Below are positions 25,844 to 39,039 of a stretch of 64,000 nucleotides of DNA, one piece after another (position 1 is the stretch's first letter; every line of letters begins with the position of its first letter). This DNA is from Mobula hypostoma (taxonomy: Eukaryota), in NCBI RefSeq assembly GCF_963921235.1, contig NC_086104.1, positions 148,924,001 through 148,988,000 on the forward strand, given 5' to 3'. Below the pieces are notes generated by a model. That model did no database searches, was not told the origin of the DNA, and worked only from the letters and a program-made list of their open reading frames with translations. Both the position numbers and the translations under genes were made by a program.

Positions 25844-26964
25844 GGGAGAAAACCCACACGGTCAATGGGGAGAATGTACAAACTCCTTACGGAAGTGGCA
25901 GAATTGAACCCGCGTCACTGGCGCTATAAAGCAATACACCAACCACTACACTACCATGCTGCCCTTGAAGTAAAGCCTTGGCTTCAACAACATGTTAAGC
26001 ACTCAGCCCCACGTAACATTAGTGCTAGCCAGTCCCTCTAATTACCTGCCTCCAAACAAGCATTAGTGGATTCTTGTCAGTGGTATTGGGCCAACTGAGG
26101 ATATGGAGCGCCTGGTCCCCAGTACATCAAACCTCACAGGGTAATTTGATGCAGCTGAGGTGAGGTGAAGAAAGATTGGACATCTGATCGATTTAAGAGC
26201 CGAGCCGAATTGGGAAGATTGGGTACTGGCTGAATCGAGGTGGTGGAGCCAGAGCCCGACGGTGAGGAACAGCCTGAGATTTGGACGATTTAAGCACCGG
26301 GCCAGATTGAAATTGTCAGAGTGTCAGGGTCGGAGGCGAGAGACAGGCCAGTTCAGCTCGCTGCCCCACAGGGTTTGCTCATCTCTGTGCTGGACTGTGG
26401 CTGTGACCTGCAACTTATGGGCTTCTGGACTGACTCCAGTGACATCTGGTGTTGTGAACTTCAGTTCTGAATGCTGTTTGCTTGCTTTCATTGTTTGCAC
26501 AATTTGTTTTTCTCCCCTCTCTCTGTACACTGGGTGTTTGACAGTCTTCTTTTGTTTTTTAAGGGTTCTATTGGGATTCATAGTTTCGTGGCTGCCTGTA
26601 AGGAGACAAATCTCAAGGTTGTATAAAATATAGATACTTTGGTAATGAAATGTACTTTGAGCTTTGAGCAAGAAAATGTGCCATTTCAACATGACAATCT
26701 GACACAAATAGTCCTGATCAATGGTAGCAGACCCAGCTGACGACCTGGAGCTCTGGCTCAACAATATTCTGAAACACAGGTGCAATCTCATCAGGTTACT
26801 AGAACATTGGAAATACTCCCCATCCAATAAAAGACACGTAGAGAAGGTAGCAATTCCCATTCATGAAGGTTGGCTCCTCATCACTGGGTTGAAATGGAAT
26901 GGAAATGAGTTCTCATTTTTATACAGCAACACCAATGTAACTGAAGTTCAAGATGTCTCCTGAA

Positions 26965-27540
26965 TAGAAGAGATTCTGCAGATACTGGAGTTTTGGAAAC
27001 ACACAAAATGCTGGAAGAACTCAGAAGGTCAGTTAGCATCTATGGAATGGAATAAGTAGTCGATGTTTCTGGCTCGGACCATTCATCAGGACTGGAAAGG
27101 AAAGGAGGAGAAGCCAGAATAAGGCGGCAGGGGGGAGCAGGGGAATGAGTACCATCCAGAAGGAGATAGGTGAGGCCAGGTGAGGGGGGAAGGTAGGAGA
27201 ATGGGGAAGGGGGTATGAAGTGAGAACCTGGGAACTGATAGGTGGAAAAGGTAAAGGGCAGAAGGAATCTGATAGGAGATTATGGGAGAAAAGGAAGGAG
27301 AACTGCACCTGAAGGAGCTGATCGGCAGGTGAAGAGAAGACAAGGGGTAAGAGAGGAATTAGAACAGGATGGAAGAAGAGGTGGGGGGGGGGAGAGAAAT
27401 TATTGGAAGTTAGAGAAATCGATGTTCATGCTACCAAGTTGGAGGCTACCCAGATAGAATATGAGGTGTTGCTCCTCCAAACTGAAAGTGGCTTCATTGT
27501 GGCAGTGGAGGCAGAGGAGGCCCAACATGTCAGAATGGAA
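26965..27540 (-). mobile_element. Penelope-like element 3' fragment with hammerhead-like motif
   Basis: Minus strand LEEQHLIFYLGSLQLGSMNIDFSNF, CT-rich tract, AGTCCTGATGAATGGTCCGAGCCAGAAACATCGAC. Confidence 0.75.
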
Positions 27541-27984
27541 TTCCTCTCCATATAATTCTCCTAAATAGTATTTCATCAGGGTGTGACCCCTTTAATTAGA
27601 CAGGTGAAATGGACATAGCAGAAAAAGAAGCGGTCATTTGATCCAATTACAGAATGATTCTCTGTAGATGATCAAACTAATCACAATTTGATTTAATGTT
27701 TCCCTCCCTGAAACGATAACAAACAAATCCAGAATTAGAACTGAAACTGGACAAAGGCATCAATGACCAAAAGGGGACACATTCGTCACTTTCATTGCAA
27801 ACATTAGCTTTTGGAAACAGAACGCTATATTCACAAATCCTGGAGCCGGTTTTCTAAGACATTCAGTAAGTATGCAGTGACATTTTGGAGTACATGATAA
27901 TATGGGCTTACATCAAACATCCACATGCCAAAGCGTTTTTTTTGAGAAGATGCCCTCAAATACCAATATGCAGTAAAGATTCAA

Positions 27985-28180
27985 GATTTTGGAAGACGTG
28001 GACTTGTATCTGGGGAACTAACTCTGTGCGAAAGGCAAATATTGATGAATTTCACTATTTCTTTCACTGTGCCAGAACAACTTTTGATTAATTGATGAAA
28101 AGTGTATTTTATGACATAAAGCTCAGACTTGGGACAAAACTCATGGTCTACAGGGCAGTAGTGATTCCTGCCCACTTATA
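27985..28180 (+). mobile_element. RTE-clade LINE RT fragment
   Basis: KANIDEF...CARTTF..L.KSVF.DIKLRLGTKLMVYRAVVIP.LY motif. Confidence 0.65.
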
Positions 28181-30369
28181 CCATGGAGAGCATTCTGAAT
28201 GGCTGCGTCACCATCTGGTATTGGGGGCAGGCGGTCGGTGGGGGGGCGGGTGGCCACTGCACAGGATTGAAGTAAGTTGCAGAAAGTTGTAAAATTATTC
28301 AGCTCCATCATGGATGCTAGCCTCCGTAGTATCCAAGACATCTTCACAGAGCGGCGCCTCAGGAAGGTGGAGTCCATTATTAAGGACTCCTATCACCCAG
28401 GACATGTCCTCTTCTCATTGTTACCATCAGGGACGAGGTACAGAAGCCTGAAGGCACACTCTCAACGATTCAGGAACAGCTTCTTCCCCTTTGCCATCCG
28501 ATTTCTAAATGGACATTGAACACATGAACACTACCTAAATACTTAAAAAAATTTCTGTTTGTGTGTTATTTATTTTAATGTAACAATTTAATATACATAT
28601 ATAATTTCTTTAATTCATTTATTTATTCATTTATTCATTTTTTCTGTACTGATCATGTATTGCATTGTACTGTTGCCGCAAAATTAACAAGTTTCACAAC
28701 GGATGCAGGTGATATTAAACCTGATTCTGATTTCTGATTTTTTATTTGTTACTGGTATTCATATTGGTGTATTGGTACTAAAGAAATGAAGACTTGGTTG
28801 CCTTTCAAAACACCTACCTGGTGTCATGCTTCCGACTGAACAGCAGCAGGCATCCAAATTTTGGCGCTCCATTTCCCCAGAGTATGGTTAGCTGACGCTG
28901 TCCCTTTAAGGTGCAGACTGCCAATTATTGCCTGCCAGATCCCTTATATGGAAAGCCTGTACTTAAAGGCTTCGTGCTAGGCACTTAGTACTCAATTGTA
29001 GGAGTTCCGTTTCTCCTACTGCTGTTTGCTTTTAGATTTCATTTGTGTTACTTGTTTCCTTCAATTCTGAGTTAATTCCAGGCCTTACTTGGGTTCACCA
29101 CCATCCATAGCTCTCTTGTAAATGATAAGTATCTGTTGGCACACATTCCAAAACTTTACACCTCTCCTGTTTATTATGTGTCCCCAAACCTTTCTGCATT
29201 ACCTCAGAAACATATCACACACCCCTCTAAATTAGATTCTATTTGCCTGTTTCTACACTGTCCACATCACCTGGCTGCATCACGGCCTGGTATGGAAACA
29301 CCATTCCCCCTGAATGGAAAAGCCTACAAAGGGTAGTGGTTACAACCTAGTAGTCCACCTCGCTCCTGCGATAAGGGGGGAGGTACAGGAGTCTCAGGAG
29401 CCACACCACCAAGTTCAGGACCACTTATTACCTCTCAGGCATCAGGCTCTTAAATCAGGGGGATAACTTCACTTACCCCAATACTGAGCTGTTCCTACAA
29501 TCTATGGACTCACTTTCAAGGACTCCTCATCTCATGTTCACGATATTTGCTTTTTTATGTATTATTATTTTGTTTATTTTTCTATTTGTATTTGCACAAT
29601 TGGTTGACTCTTGCACATTTGCACATCGGCTGTTTGTCCGTCTTGTGTGTGGGGTTTCGTCGATTCTATTGCATTTCTTCCTATTTACTGTGAATGCTCG
29701 GAAGAAAATGAATCTCAATGGTCTATATAGTGACATATATGTGTGTTGATAATAGAATTTACTTTGAACTTTGCAGTCCTCACGATCGTTGGAATTTTTT
29801 CAGCAATTACTATTCACTCAACGTATATTGTTGGATGTGATTTTCTTTGGCACGAGCTTTAAGCTTTATTCAAATCTAATCAGTGAGAGGACTATAGTAT
29901 GTGACAAAGAGCTATAGTGATCTGTGGGCTAACCAGCTGGGGTTGGGAGCAGATAAACCCATTGCCTTCAATTTTAAAAGCAATAGTACTTAACTAGTCA
30001 CTAAGGGGTCCATTCACTGATAACTCAAAGAGAGCTAGATGTGAAAGTATAAATTGGGAACACACGGAAAAAGAATCAGTTCGAGAATGGGACGTGTTAT
30101 CCATCCTGATAAAATTACCTCCATTCGGCAGGAAGATTTGTGAATATAACTGGTGCAAAAACTATTAGAATTTTGTCAAACCTTTTACTGTTCCCGGGGA
30201 AGACCGAAGTAAATTAAAACAAGTATAAAAAGTTCGGAAACAAGTAGAAAACTTTTTCTTAAATGTTTCATTATACCATATTCTTTTCCATGTGCTCTGA
30301 ATGGGTTGTCGAATATTAGCTGTGATGTCATTGTGAGACGGTCATTAACATTTAAGGGGTTAAAGGATT

Positions 30370-32135
30370 ACTTTATGCTTCATTGTCGCCAAATAATTGA
30401 TACTAGAACGTACAATTATCACAGCAATATTTGATTCTGCGCTTCTCACTCCCTGAATTACAAATATTAAATATTAAAAGTATTAAAAATAGTAAAAATT
30501 AGTAAATATTAAAAATTTGAATTATAAATCATAAATAGAAAAATTTTAAAAATGGAAAGTAAGGGAGTGCAAAAAAAAACCGAGAGGCAGGTCTGGATAT
30601 TTGGAGGGTACGGCCCAGATCCGGGTCAGGATCCGTTCAGCAGTCTTATCACAGTTGGAAAGAAGCTGTTCCCAAATCTGGCCGTACGAGTCTTCAAGCT
30701 CCTAAGCCTTCTCCCGGAGGGAAGAGGGACGAAAAGTGTGTTGGCTGGGTGGGTCGTGTCCTTGATTATCCTGGCAGCACTGCTCAAACAGCGTGCGGTG
30801 TAAAGTGAGTCCAAGGACGGAAGATTGGTTTGTGTGATGTGCTGTGCCGTGTTCACGATCTTCTGCAGCTTCTTTCAATCTTGGACAGGTCAATTTCCAT
30901 ACCAGGTTGTGATGTACCCTAGAAGAATGCTTTCTACTGTGCATCTATAAAAATTAGTGAGGGTTTTAGGGGACAGGCCAAATTTCTTTAGTTTTCTCAG
31001 GAAGTAAAGGCGCTGGTGGGCCTTAGAAGTGTACTCTGCTTGGTTGGACCAAGTCAGGTCATTTGTGATATTGACCCCGAGGAACTTAAAGCTTTTGACC
31101 TGTTCCACTTGCACACCACCAATGTAAATTGGGTCATGCGGTTCGCTACTCCTTCTGAAGTCAACAACCAATTCCTTTGTCTTGCTGACGTTGAGGGATA
31201 GGTTATTGTCTTCGCACCATGCCACCAGGTTCTTAATTTCCTCTCTGTACTCAAACTCATCATAACCCAAGATACGGCCTACAATTGTTGTGTCATCAGC
31301 AAACTTATATATTGAGCTTGATGGAAACTTGGCTACACAATCATGGGTGTACAGTGAGTACAGCAGGGGGCTGAGTACACAGCCTTGTGGGGCACCGGTG
31401 CTCAGAGTGATTGTAGAGAAGAGCTTGTCCCCTATTTTTACAGCCTGGGTCCTGTCTGTGAGGAAGTTGAAGATCCACCTGCAGATCTAAGTACTAAGGC
31501 CCAGGTTCCGGAGCTTAGGAATCAGTTTATTTGGAATGATGGTATTAAAGGCAGAGCTGTGGTCTATGAAAAGGAGCCTTATATATGTGTCTTTATTCTC
31601 CAGGTGTTCTAAGGAGGAATGTAGGGCCAGAGAGATGGCATCTGTCGTTGACCTGTTGCTCCGGTAGGCAAATTGCAAAGCGTCGAGGTTGACCGGTAGG
31701 CTGTGGTTGATGTGTGCCATAACCAATCTCTCGAAGCACTTCATAGCAATTGATGACAAAGCCACAGATCGATAGTCATTCAGGCATGCCACCTTGCTCT
31801 TCTTCGGCACTGGGATTATCGTTGCCTTCTTAAAACACGAGGGGATCTTAGACTGAAGCAAGGAGCAGTTGAAGATGTCAGCAAACACTCCAGCTAGCTC
31901 GCTTGCACAGGCATGGAGGACCCGTCCTGGGACGCCATCTGGGCCCGTCGCCTTCCTTGGATTTATCTTCAGGAAGGCCCTTCTAAAGTCCTCCTCGGTG
32001 ACGATGAATCTCAATGCCACCAGGTCCGGTTCAACCGGAGGGAGCGGAACGCTCCTATTCTGTTCGAATCTTGCGGAGAATACGTTAAGTTCATCAGGAA
32101 GAGAAGCGCCACAGTTATTGATATTCCCAGAACAC
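30370..32135 (-). mobile_element. Rex1/Babar-like LINE, 5'-truncated
   Basis: [60 protein letters not shown]; few disabling lesions. Confidence 0.88.
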
Positions 32136-32409
32136 CAACGACAATAAATGGTCTGAATGTCATTACTATAGGGACTGCACCTGTCCCGGGCACCTTCCTA
32201 GACAAAATAAATGCTCCTCAGATTATTGTCACAAGAAACAAACTTGACTCCCTAATTTTTGTGCCTGGGGAATCTAGGCACGGGTCTGAGTCGGGTCGCT
32301 ACAGGTGAAGATACCTTTTGGAAAGTGGTAAGGGGTGGGACTATTTTCTCATTGGGCTGACACCGGCCAAATGGTAGTGACTGGGTTCTTTCTTGTGCAG
32401 TATCTTTAT

Positions 32410-33640
32410 GAGATTGGTCACGGCTAGAAATAACTTCTGCCCGAGCAAGGGCCTGGACTTGCTGCAATTTGCCTACCACCGCAGCAGGTCTACAGTGGAT
32501 GCAATCTCACTGCCATGGGCCACCTGGACAACTGCAATAACTATGGGAGAGTGCCGTTTATTGATTCCAACTCAGCGTTCAACACCATCATCTGCTCAGT
32601 ACTAATCAAGAAGCTCCAAAACCTGGGCCTCTGTACTCCCTCTTCAGGTGGATCCTTGACTTCCTCATCGGTGATACCAATGAGGTATACAGTCTGCAGG
32701 GAACGGAAATACCATCTCCTCTTCGTTGGCAATCAACACAGGTGCAACTCAAGGGTGCATGCTGAGACCACTGGTCTAACTTTCTTTACATGCATGACTG
32801 TGTGGCTAGGCACAGCTCAAACGCTACCTATAAATTCACCCAGGACACAACTGTTTGTGGCTGAATCTCAGATGGTGACTAGGAAGCCTACAGGAGTGAG
32901 AATGTCGGGGTGGTTGAGGTCTTTCAGTACATCGGTAGGTTTCCCGAGGCAACAAGAAATGTGGACAGAGTCCATAGAGGGGAGGCTGGTTTCCGTAATG
33001 TGCTGAGCCATGCCTACAACTGCAGTCTGCGGCAGAGCAGCTGCCATACATCTGAAACGATGCTTCCACAAATCGATACCAAGAAATCTGTAAAAGTTGC
33101 AAATCAATGACTTGGTGATTCCTTGTTTCCTGTACAGAGCGCAGAGTTGTGACTAGTGTGTGGAGGACATCGCTGTAAGGGGAGAGTGAAAGTGCTCTAC
33201 AATGGGAACCAGGGGAACGATGTGTTCTGAAAAACCGCTCAGAAGCACTGAATATGTGACCTGGAATCAAACGGGGCGTGACCACGTGATTTCCACTAAC
33301 TATGAAGCACAGGAATTTGGAGAGGTTCTGGCCCTTTTCTCTGGACGAGATAGGATACCTTTCACAGGAACTGGCCATCAGACCCGTGGGGTAAATACGA
33401 CTGTGATCATCGAGAGGACGCAGCTATCACCTGTTAGCTGGGCCGCACAGTCCCTCAGCACCTGACTGGGTATGTTGACCGGCCCTGCAGCTTTGCGTGG
33501 GTTCATCCAGGCTAGGGTCCCCCTCACCTCAGCTGCGGCCAGACAGCATCCCTGTCCCCCGGCAAGAGAAGGGGATTTCCTCAATGCCACTTCATTCAAT
33601 TGGTCATATGGTGCATTCAGCCCATCAGGAAAGGTGGCGT
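32410..33640. mobile_element. Scrambled old Rex1/Babar-like fragments in both orientations
   Basis: LQFAYHRSRSTVDAIS (plus), NPRKAAGPVNIPSQVLRDCAAQL (minus), AQHITETSLPSMDSV (minus). Confidence 0.65.
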
Positions 33641-36497
33641 CGCTGTTGTTGACACAAAATTATGTGGGGTATAGATGGGGTAAATGCAAGCGATCTTTTC
33701 CCAGAGAATGGGCAAGACTTAAACCAGAGGTTATAAGTTAAGGGTGAAAGGTGAAATATTTAGGGGGAACTGCTTCACTCAGAGGGTAGTGCAAGTTTGG
33801 AGTGAGCTGCCAGCTAAGTGGTGGAAGCAGGTTCGATTGCAACATTTAAGAAACGTTTGTAAAGTATATGGAGGAGAGGGGAATGGAGGGCGATGGTCCA
33901 GGTGCAGGTTGCTGGAACTAGGCAGAATAACGGTTCGGAATTGACTAGACGGGTTGTGGTGATATCACGTGTAAGAACGTGATTGGACAGAGTTCGGAGC
34001 ATACGCAGAAATGACAGAATGATCTAGAATGTTAAAAACGTGGTTGCTGTTGCAAATAAAAGTTCTAGTTTTAATTCTTCCAGATTATGGTTTGTTCTTA
34101 CTAACCCACGGTACGTATAAAGAACACAACACAGGATGAGGGATCTGTTTGTGCTGTAGCAGTCTAAAACACCAACTGTGGTTCTTCGCTGCCAAGGCAG
34201 TACAACTGCCATCACAGGAAGATGCTGATGTCATTTGTTTTGGTAAGTGGTTCAATGTGTGGGGTAGTTCTACTATACTAACACATCCAAGTCTGAAATT
34301 GTCATTAAGATTTATATTTTTATAAAGTTCAAACTAAATTTAATATCAAAGTACATATACTGACCTGATACTCATTTTCTTGTAGGCATTCACAGTAAAT
34401 GCAAAGAAACACAATAGAATCAATGAAAAACCACACATAATGAAGATGGACAAACAACCGATGTGCAATAGACAACAAATTGCAAATACAAAAATAATAA
34501 ATAAATAAGCAATAAGTATCAAGAACATAAGTTGTGAGTTCTTAAAAGTGAGTCCATACTGTGGAATCAGTTGAGTGTCGGGGTGAGTAAAGTTACCCCC
34601 TCTGGTTCAAAAGCCTGATGGTCGATGGGTAATAGCTGTTCCTGAACCTGGTGGAGTGGGATGATGATTTTACAATAAATTCCATAGATATTGCTTTGCC
34701 TCATTTGCATTCTCTAAATACATCAGATAGGATTTCGTCTCACTGTTAATGTTGTGGGTTCTTGTTTGTGGCATTGGGAATGCCATTTTCCCATTAATTT
34801 CCAAAGGTTGATTTCAGACTAACCAACCCAAGTAGGTACACCACTGAATTCAAAGTCAGTTCTTCCAAGGCAATCTCTGGGGATCTATCACAGATGGGGA
34901 ATGGGTGTCCAGTGGGATGGGTAGTGTGTAATTTGTGGGGTTCACAGGTCTATTCTGTGCTCCTGCCACATGACTTCCACATTCTCAGTGCCACCCGAGC
35001 ACTGCTCCCTGCAAGCTGTGCAAGAGTGTGGCTACGTAGTAGCCGAAGTGCTCCCACGTACCTAGACTTTGTGCCGTGTAGCTAGAAAATGTTTACGAAA
35101 TGTTTGTTTGTTGTATTGCATTTTTGATGGATTCTAGATCATGGTCTCTGGGGACTTTGCTATTAGTTGCATAGAGGGTGGTGGGGTTGATGCTGTTGCT
35201 GGAGCAATTGGGGAGGGGAGGGATGTTGCATTTGCTGCTGCTTGAGCATGGGAGGGGGTGGCTTCGGGGCTCTAACATTTTTTTCTGTCATTCATCCTTT
35301 GAGGTCTTGTTTCATGGATGTCTGTGAAGAGTAAGAATTTCAGATTGTATACTGTATATATTCTGATATTAAATTGAACTATTGAACCCTTTAATTAATA
35401 AATAAAACCAAAAGTATGTGATTTTCATTCTGAATATCCATAGTATGCATATTACAAAACAAAAAAAAATTAAAGTGCTGTGCAGTTTTCAGAACATGTA
35501 AAAATTTCCTGCTCAGAGCAATGGTTGGTCCACGCAGCTGTAAAAAAAAAGTAGTGAGTGTGTTTACTGCAATACTGTAAGTTGAAGTGGATTATGAGAA
35601 AATATTTCGTGTATTTAATCTGCAGTGCGAATATTTTATTCTAAATTGTTTTTTAATCAGCTTTTAGAAAAAGATGGATTAATAAAGTAAACACTTAGAA
35701 GGAAAATACATTTGATTAATCTCTTTAATAAAATAATAAGGGTGGTGGCATTGTGGTACAAAAAGCTTTCAACAGGCATCTACCATTTAAAAGCTAAATC
35801 AAGTCCAATTTCGTCAAGCATTAGAGTAAGGAAATGAAAGATTGAATAAGGGACCAAACCAGTAAAGGGGGCAAAATTACACTGTCTTCAAGATTCAGTT
35901 ATTTGCAAGGTCAAGTGTCTTTTTTATTTCAATCTATCTACCAGGTCTTTTTTTCCCCCAACATGTTGAAGCCTAACCACTAATAGAAAATTTTTCCTTA
36001 ATACTCTCGTATTGTGAAGTGGGAAATAGCTGCTCAAGTGATAAAATTCCAATTTATATATACTAGCCTGCAGGTCACCCTTGTGACATGAAGCCATGAG
36101 AGCAGGTGGGGACAGTTGTATGAGCAGCTGGTGCATATCCCAAGTCCTGGTTGCGCTACTACTGACTCCAGGCAGACAATCTCTGGAGAGTATTGATGAT
36201 GGCTGGGGTGTCCTGTCTTGCAAATGACAATCCACTTCTATAGAAATATCTGCAAACAATCATTGTCATGGGAAGACCATGATTGCTTATACGACACAGC
36301 ACATAACAAAAGAATGCCTCAAAATTATGAGTTTTCATTACAAGGCCTAGACTCAGGTAATCAGTATAAAAAAGATTCAACACACATCGGCAACTTTGAT
36401 GTGTGTTGCTTGAATTTCCAGCATCTGCAGAATTCCTCGTGTTTACATTTTTAAAGAAGATTCAATCTCCTTTTATTTTAATGTTTCCCTTGTCACT

Positions 36498-37099
36498 TTA
36501 ATTCAAAAATGGCACAACAGAAGAAAATGACAATCTCTCTAACAACTGAATTTTTAAATCATCATTGTCCACTTTGTGCCAAGAGTACTTCACATTGTTA
36601 ATATCTGGAGGGAACTGGCCGTATGTAGTTTCCACCTGGGCGACAGTGACCAGCACATTGAAACAAATGCCATCTGTCTTCCCGGTGATTCCACCGCTGT
36701 GTTGCAACCCCAAGATACCATGAGTTTTCACCTTGACCTGCGAATCCCTCAAGCACTCCTTGATCAGTCTGTAGATGGCGACTTCTACACTGCAGGATAG
36801 ATCAGCCGAGGAGGAACCACAGACTGTCACGGGGAAATGGGGATGGCTTTGATTGTTGGTCAGCAGCCACAGTTCATTGCTTTTGTTGAGAAAGGCAGAT
36901 ACTACTCGGTGACACACAACTGAGCAGGGCAACTCAACAGGCATAGTCACTGGATGAGAAGCTTTCTCTTTGTGCTTGACAGCAAATGAAATCAAATTTA
37001 AGATGTCTCTGGCTCTCAGGGGAAGTGGTGACACTCTGTCCCACCATCTTGCCTGCAAGGATTCCGCATCACTCTCTGATGTAGTCTTCAAGTTCCCTC
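36498..37099 (-). CDS. NUDT18: NUDT18 last coding exon
   Basis: tttctag acceptor, phase 1; GGNLKTTSESDAESLQARWWDR..LPLRARDIL..GILGLQH..DGICFNVLV matches the NUDT18 C-terminal region; joined CDS is 321 aa, TAA stop. Confidence 0.93.
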
Positions 37100-37320
37100 C
37101 TAGAAATAAACATTGCTGAATATCAGCATTGGACTCATCAAATAAAATAACACCCAATACAAAATTTTTGTTGAAGTTACTAGAGGAGTAAATTCAAAAT
37201 CTGAGAGTGATTAACTGCTATGAAACCTCTGTGAATAATACATTTTTAGATAAAATTACCTCTGTAAAGCTAACATTGATGTTTCTTTAGAACCATGAAC
37301 ATAACACAAAAAATAAATTA

Positions 37321-38411
37321 CAGGTTGAATACCCCTTATCTGAAATTCCAAAATCCGAAAACTTCTGAAATCAGATTTTTTGACATGACATCACAAATTG
37401 AAAATTTCACAAGATGCTAGGAAGGTTCTCAGGCGATGCACAGGTCTTTGTGCATCACAGGCAGTTCTGAGAAGTGACCTCACAAATATAATGAACAGAA
37501 ATGAAAGAAAAATAGAAAAACACTGAATAAGGCAAATAATGAAGATCTCGATCGTGTATCAGAGGACTGAACGGATGCGGATCGTGAAACAAGCAAAGAC
37601 CTATCATGACCAACTGAAAATTGAAGGTAATTGTGAATATTCAGCAGGCTGGTTGCAGAAATTTAAGAAAACATTCAAATTTTTAAAACATCTGCTGATC
37701 ACAAAAATTTAACACCAGAACAAGTATACGATGCTGTTTGTTTTTATACCTTACATAATGGCATTACATTTTTAAAGGGTAGGTGTTGAAAATCTAACAC
37801 CAGAAGAAATGCTGTTTTTATACCTTACATTAAACCAAAAAAAGCAAATACAGTGTACTGCAACACACATCAAAGTTGCTGGTGAACGCAGCAGGCCAAG
37901 CAGCATCTATAGGAAGAGGCGCAGTCGACGTTTCAGGACGAAGGGTCTCGGCCTGAAACGTCGACTGCGCCTCTTCCTATAGATGCTGCTTGGCCTGCTG
38001 CGTTCACCAGCAACTTTGATGTGTGTTGCTTGAATTTCCAGCATCTGCAGAATTCCTGTTGTTTGCGTTTAAATACAGTGTACTGTAACCTTTTAATCAA
38101 AACACAGCATTGTAGGTGGAGACTGAAAGCATGCTGCTGTTCAACAGCTGACTGAGGAATTCTCCTGATGCTGTTGTGCTGCTTTTGTTACCCTGCACAC
38201 TTTATAATTATGCAATGTAATAATTTTTACTGTTAACTACATGTGTGATGAACACTGTAAGACAAAAACTGTTTACTTGCAGCACATAAATTCAAAGTTG
38301 GAAATGATAGCAATTCCAAACTATCTTATAATAGATTTCAAAATCTGAAAAAATCCAAAATCCAAAACACTTCTGGCCCCAAGCATTTCAGATAAGGGGA
38401 TACTCAACCTG
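37321..38411 (+). mobile_element. Tigger-like non-autonomous transposon in a NUDT18 intron
   Basis: TIRs CAGGTTGA(A/G)TA(C/T)CCC, TA flanks; CENP-B-type HTH remnant KQAKTYHDQLKIEGNCEYSAGWLQKFKK. Confidence 0.85.
37861..38070. mobile_element. Young Penelope-derived fold-back element nested in the Tigger
   Basis: Perfect 77-bp inverted arms (37861-37937 and 37952-38028); 15-bp TSD AAATACAGTGTACTG. Confidence 0.88.
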
Positions 38412-38825
38412 TACATTGAGTTACAGGTGACTTTTACAAATGTTGTCCACTGAATGAACCATTTCATTGACATTAGTTCCTCATTTTTTATTTAGGAAAG
38501 TCCACAACACTAAGGTCTCAAAAGCCAAATCCATAATACTTAGATTTTTGAAAGAATAATTCAGATTCTTAATTGCACAATCCGTCGACACCAGTTCTGA
38601 CATAAAAAGGAATCAGCATGTAAACAACATGCCTTAAAATTAGTGTTTGATATGTTACAAAATACCAATTTACAAAAAAAATTCCCGTCAAAATATACCC
38701 AGTGTATACGTTCCAAAATAAACAATTCAGGACTGCAGTCATTACTTTGTACTCTCGCTCATCACAGTACGACAGCCACTTTAACTCCCATCACTCCCAC
38801 CTTCACCAAAAAGGGAAATGCGCAC

Positions 38826-39039
38826 CTGTAACTCTTGCCAGGAAAACAAAACGGATCCATCGTGGACCTCTTTCCTCCACACTCAGCAGAGTGTAGGGCT
38901 CACATTCCAAACCAGTTTCCTCTTGAACTTCCCTCTTCACGGCCTCAATGATGGTTTCATTCTGTTCCATCCTCCCTGCTGGCAGGTACCACTTGCCATA
39001 ACATTCTTGTTTTGCCTCCTGCATCATCACCACTTCTTT
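38826..39039 (-). CDS. NUDT18: NUDT18 second coding exon (Nudix box)
   Basis: [44 protein letters not shown] contains GX5EX7REUXEEXGU; CAG acceptor, G|GTGCG donor; 214 nt, phase 0 to 1, compatible with both neighbours. Confidence 0.95.

Noticed and set aside
26680-26950. Possible Harbinger DDE transposase relic on the minus strand (PSDEEPTFMNGNCY vaguely like P....FVNRKG)
   Set aside because: No IDGTH, PGS.HD or GD.GY motifs are recoverable in any frame I read; the similarity is at chance level. A DDE_Tnp_4 profile search would settle it.
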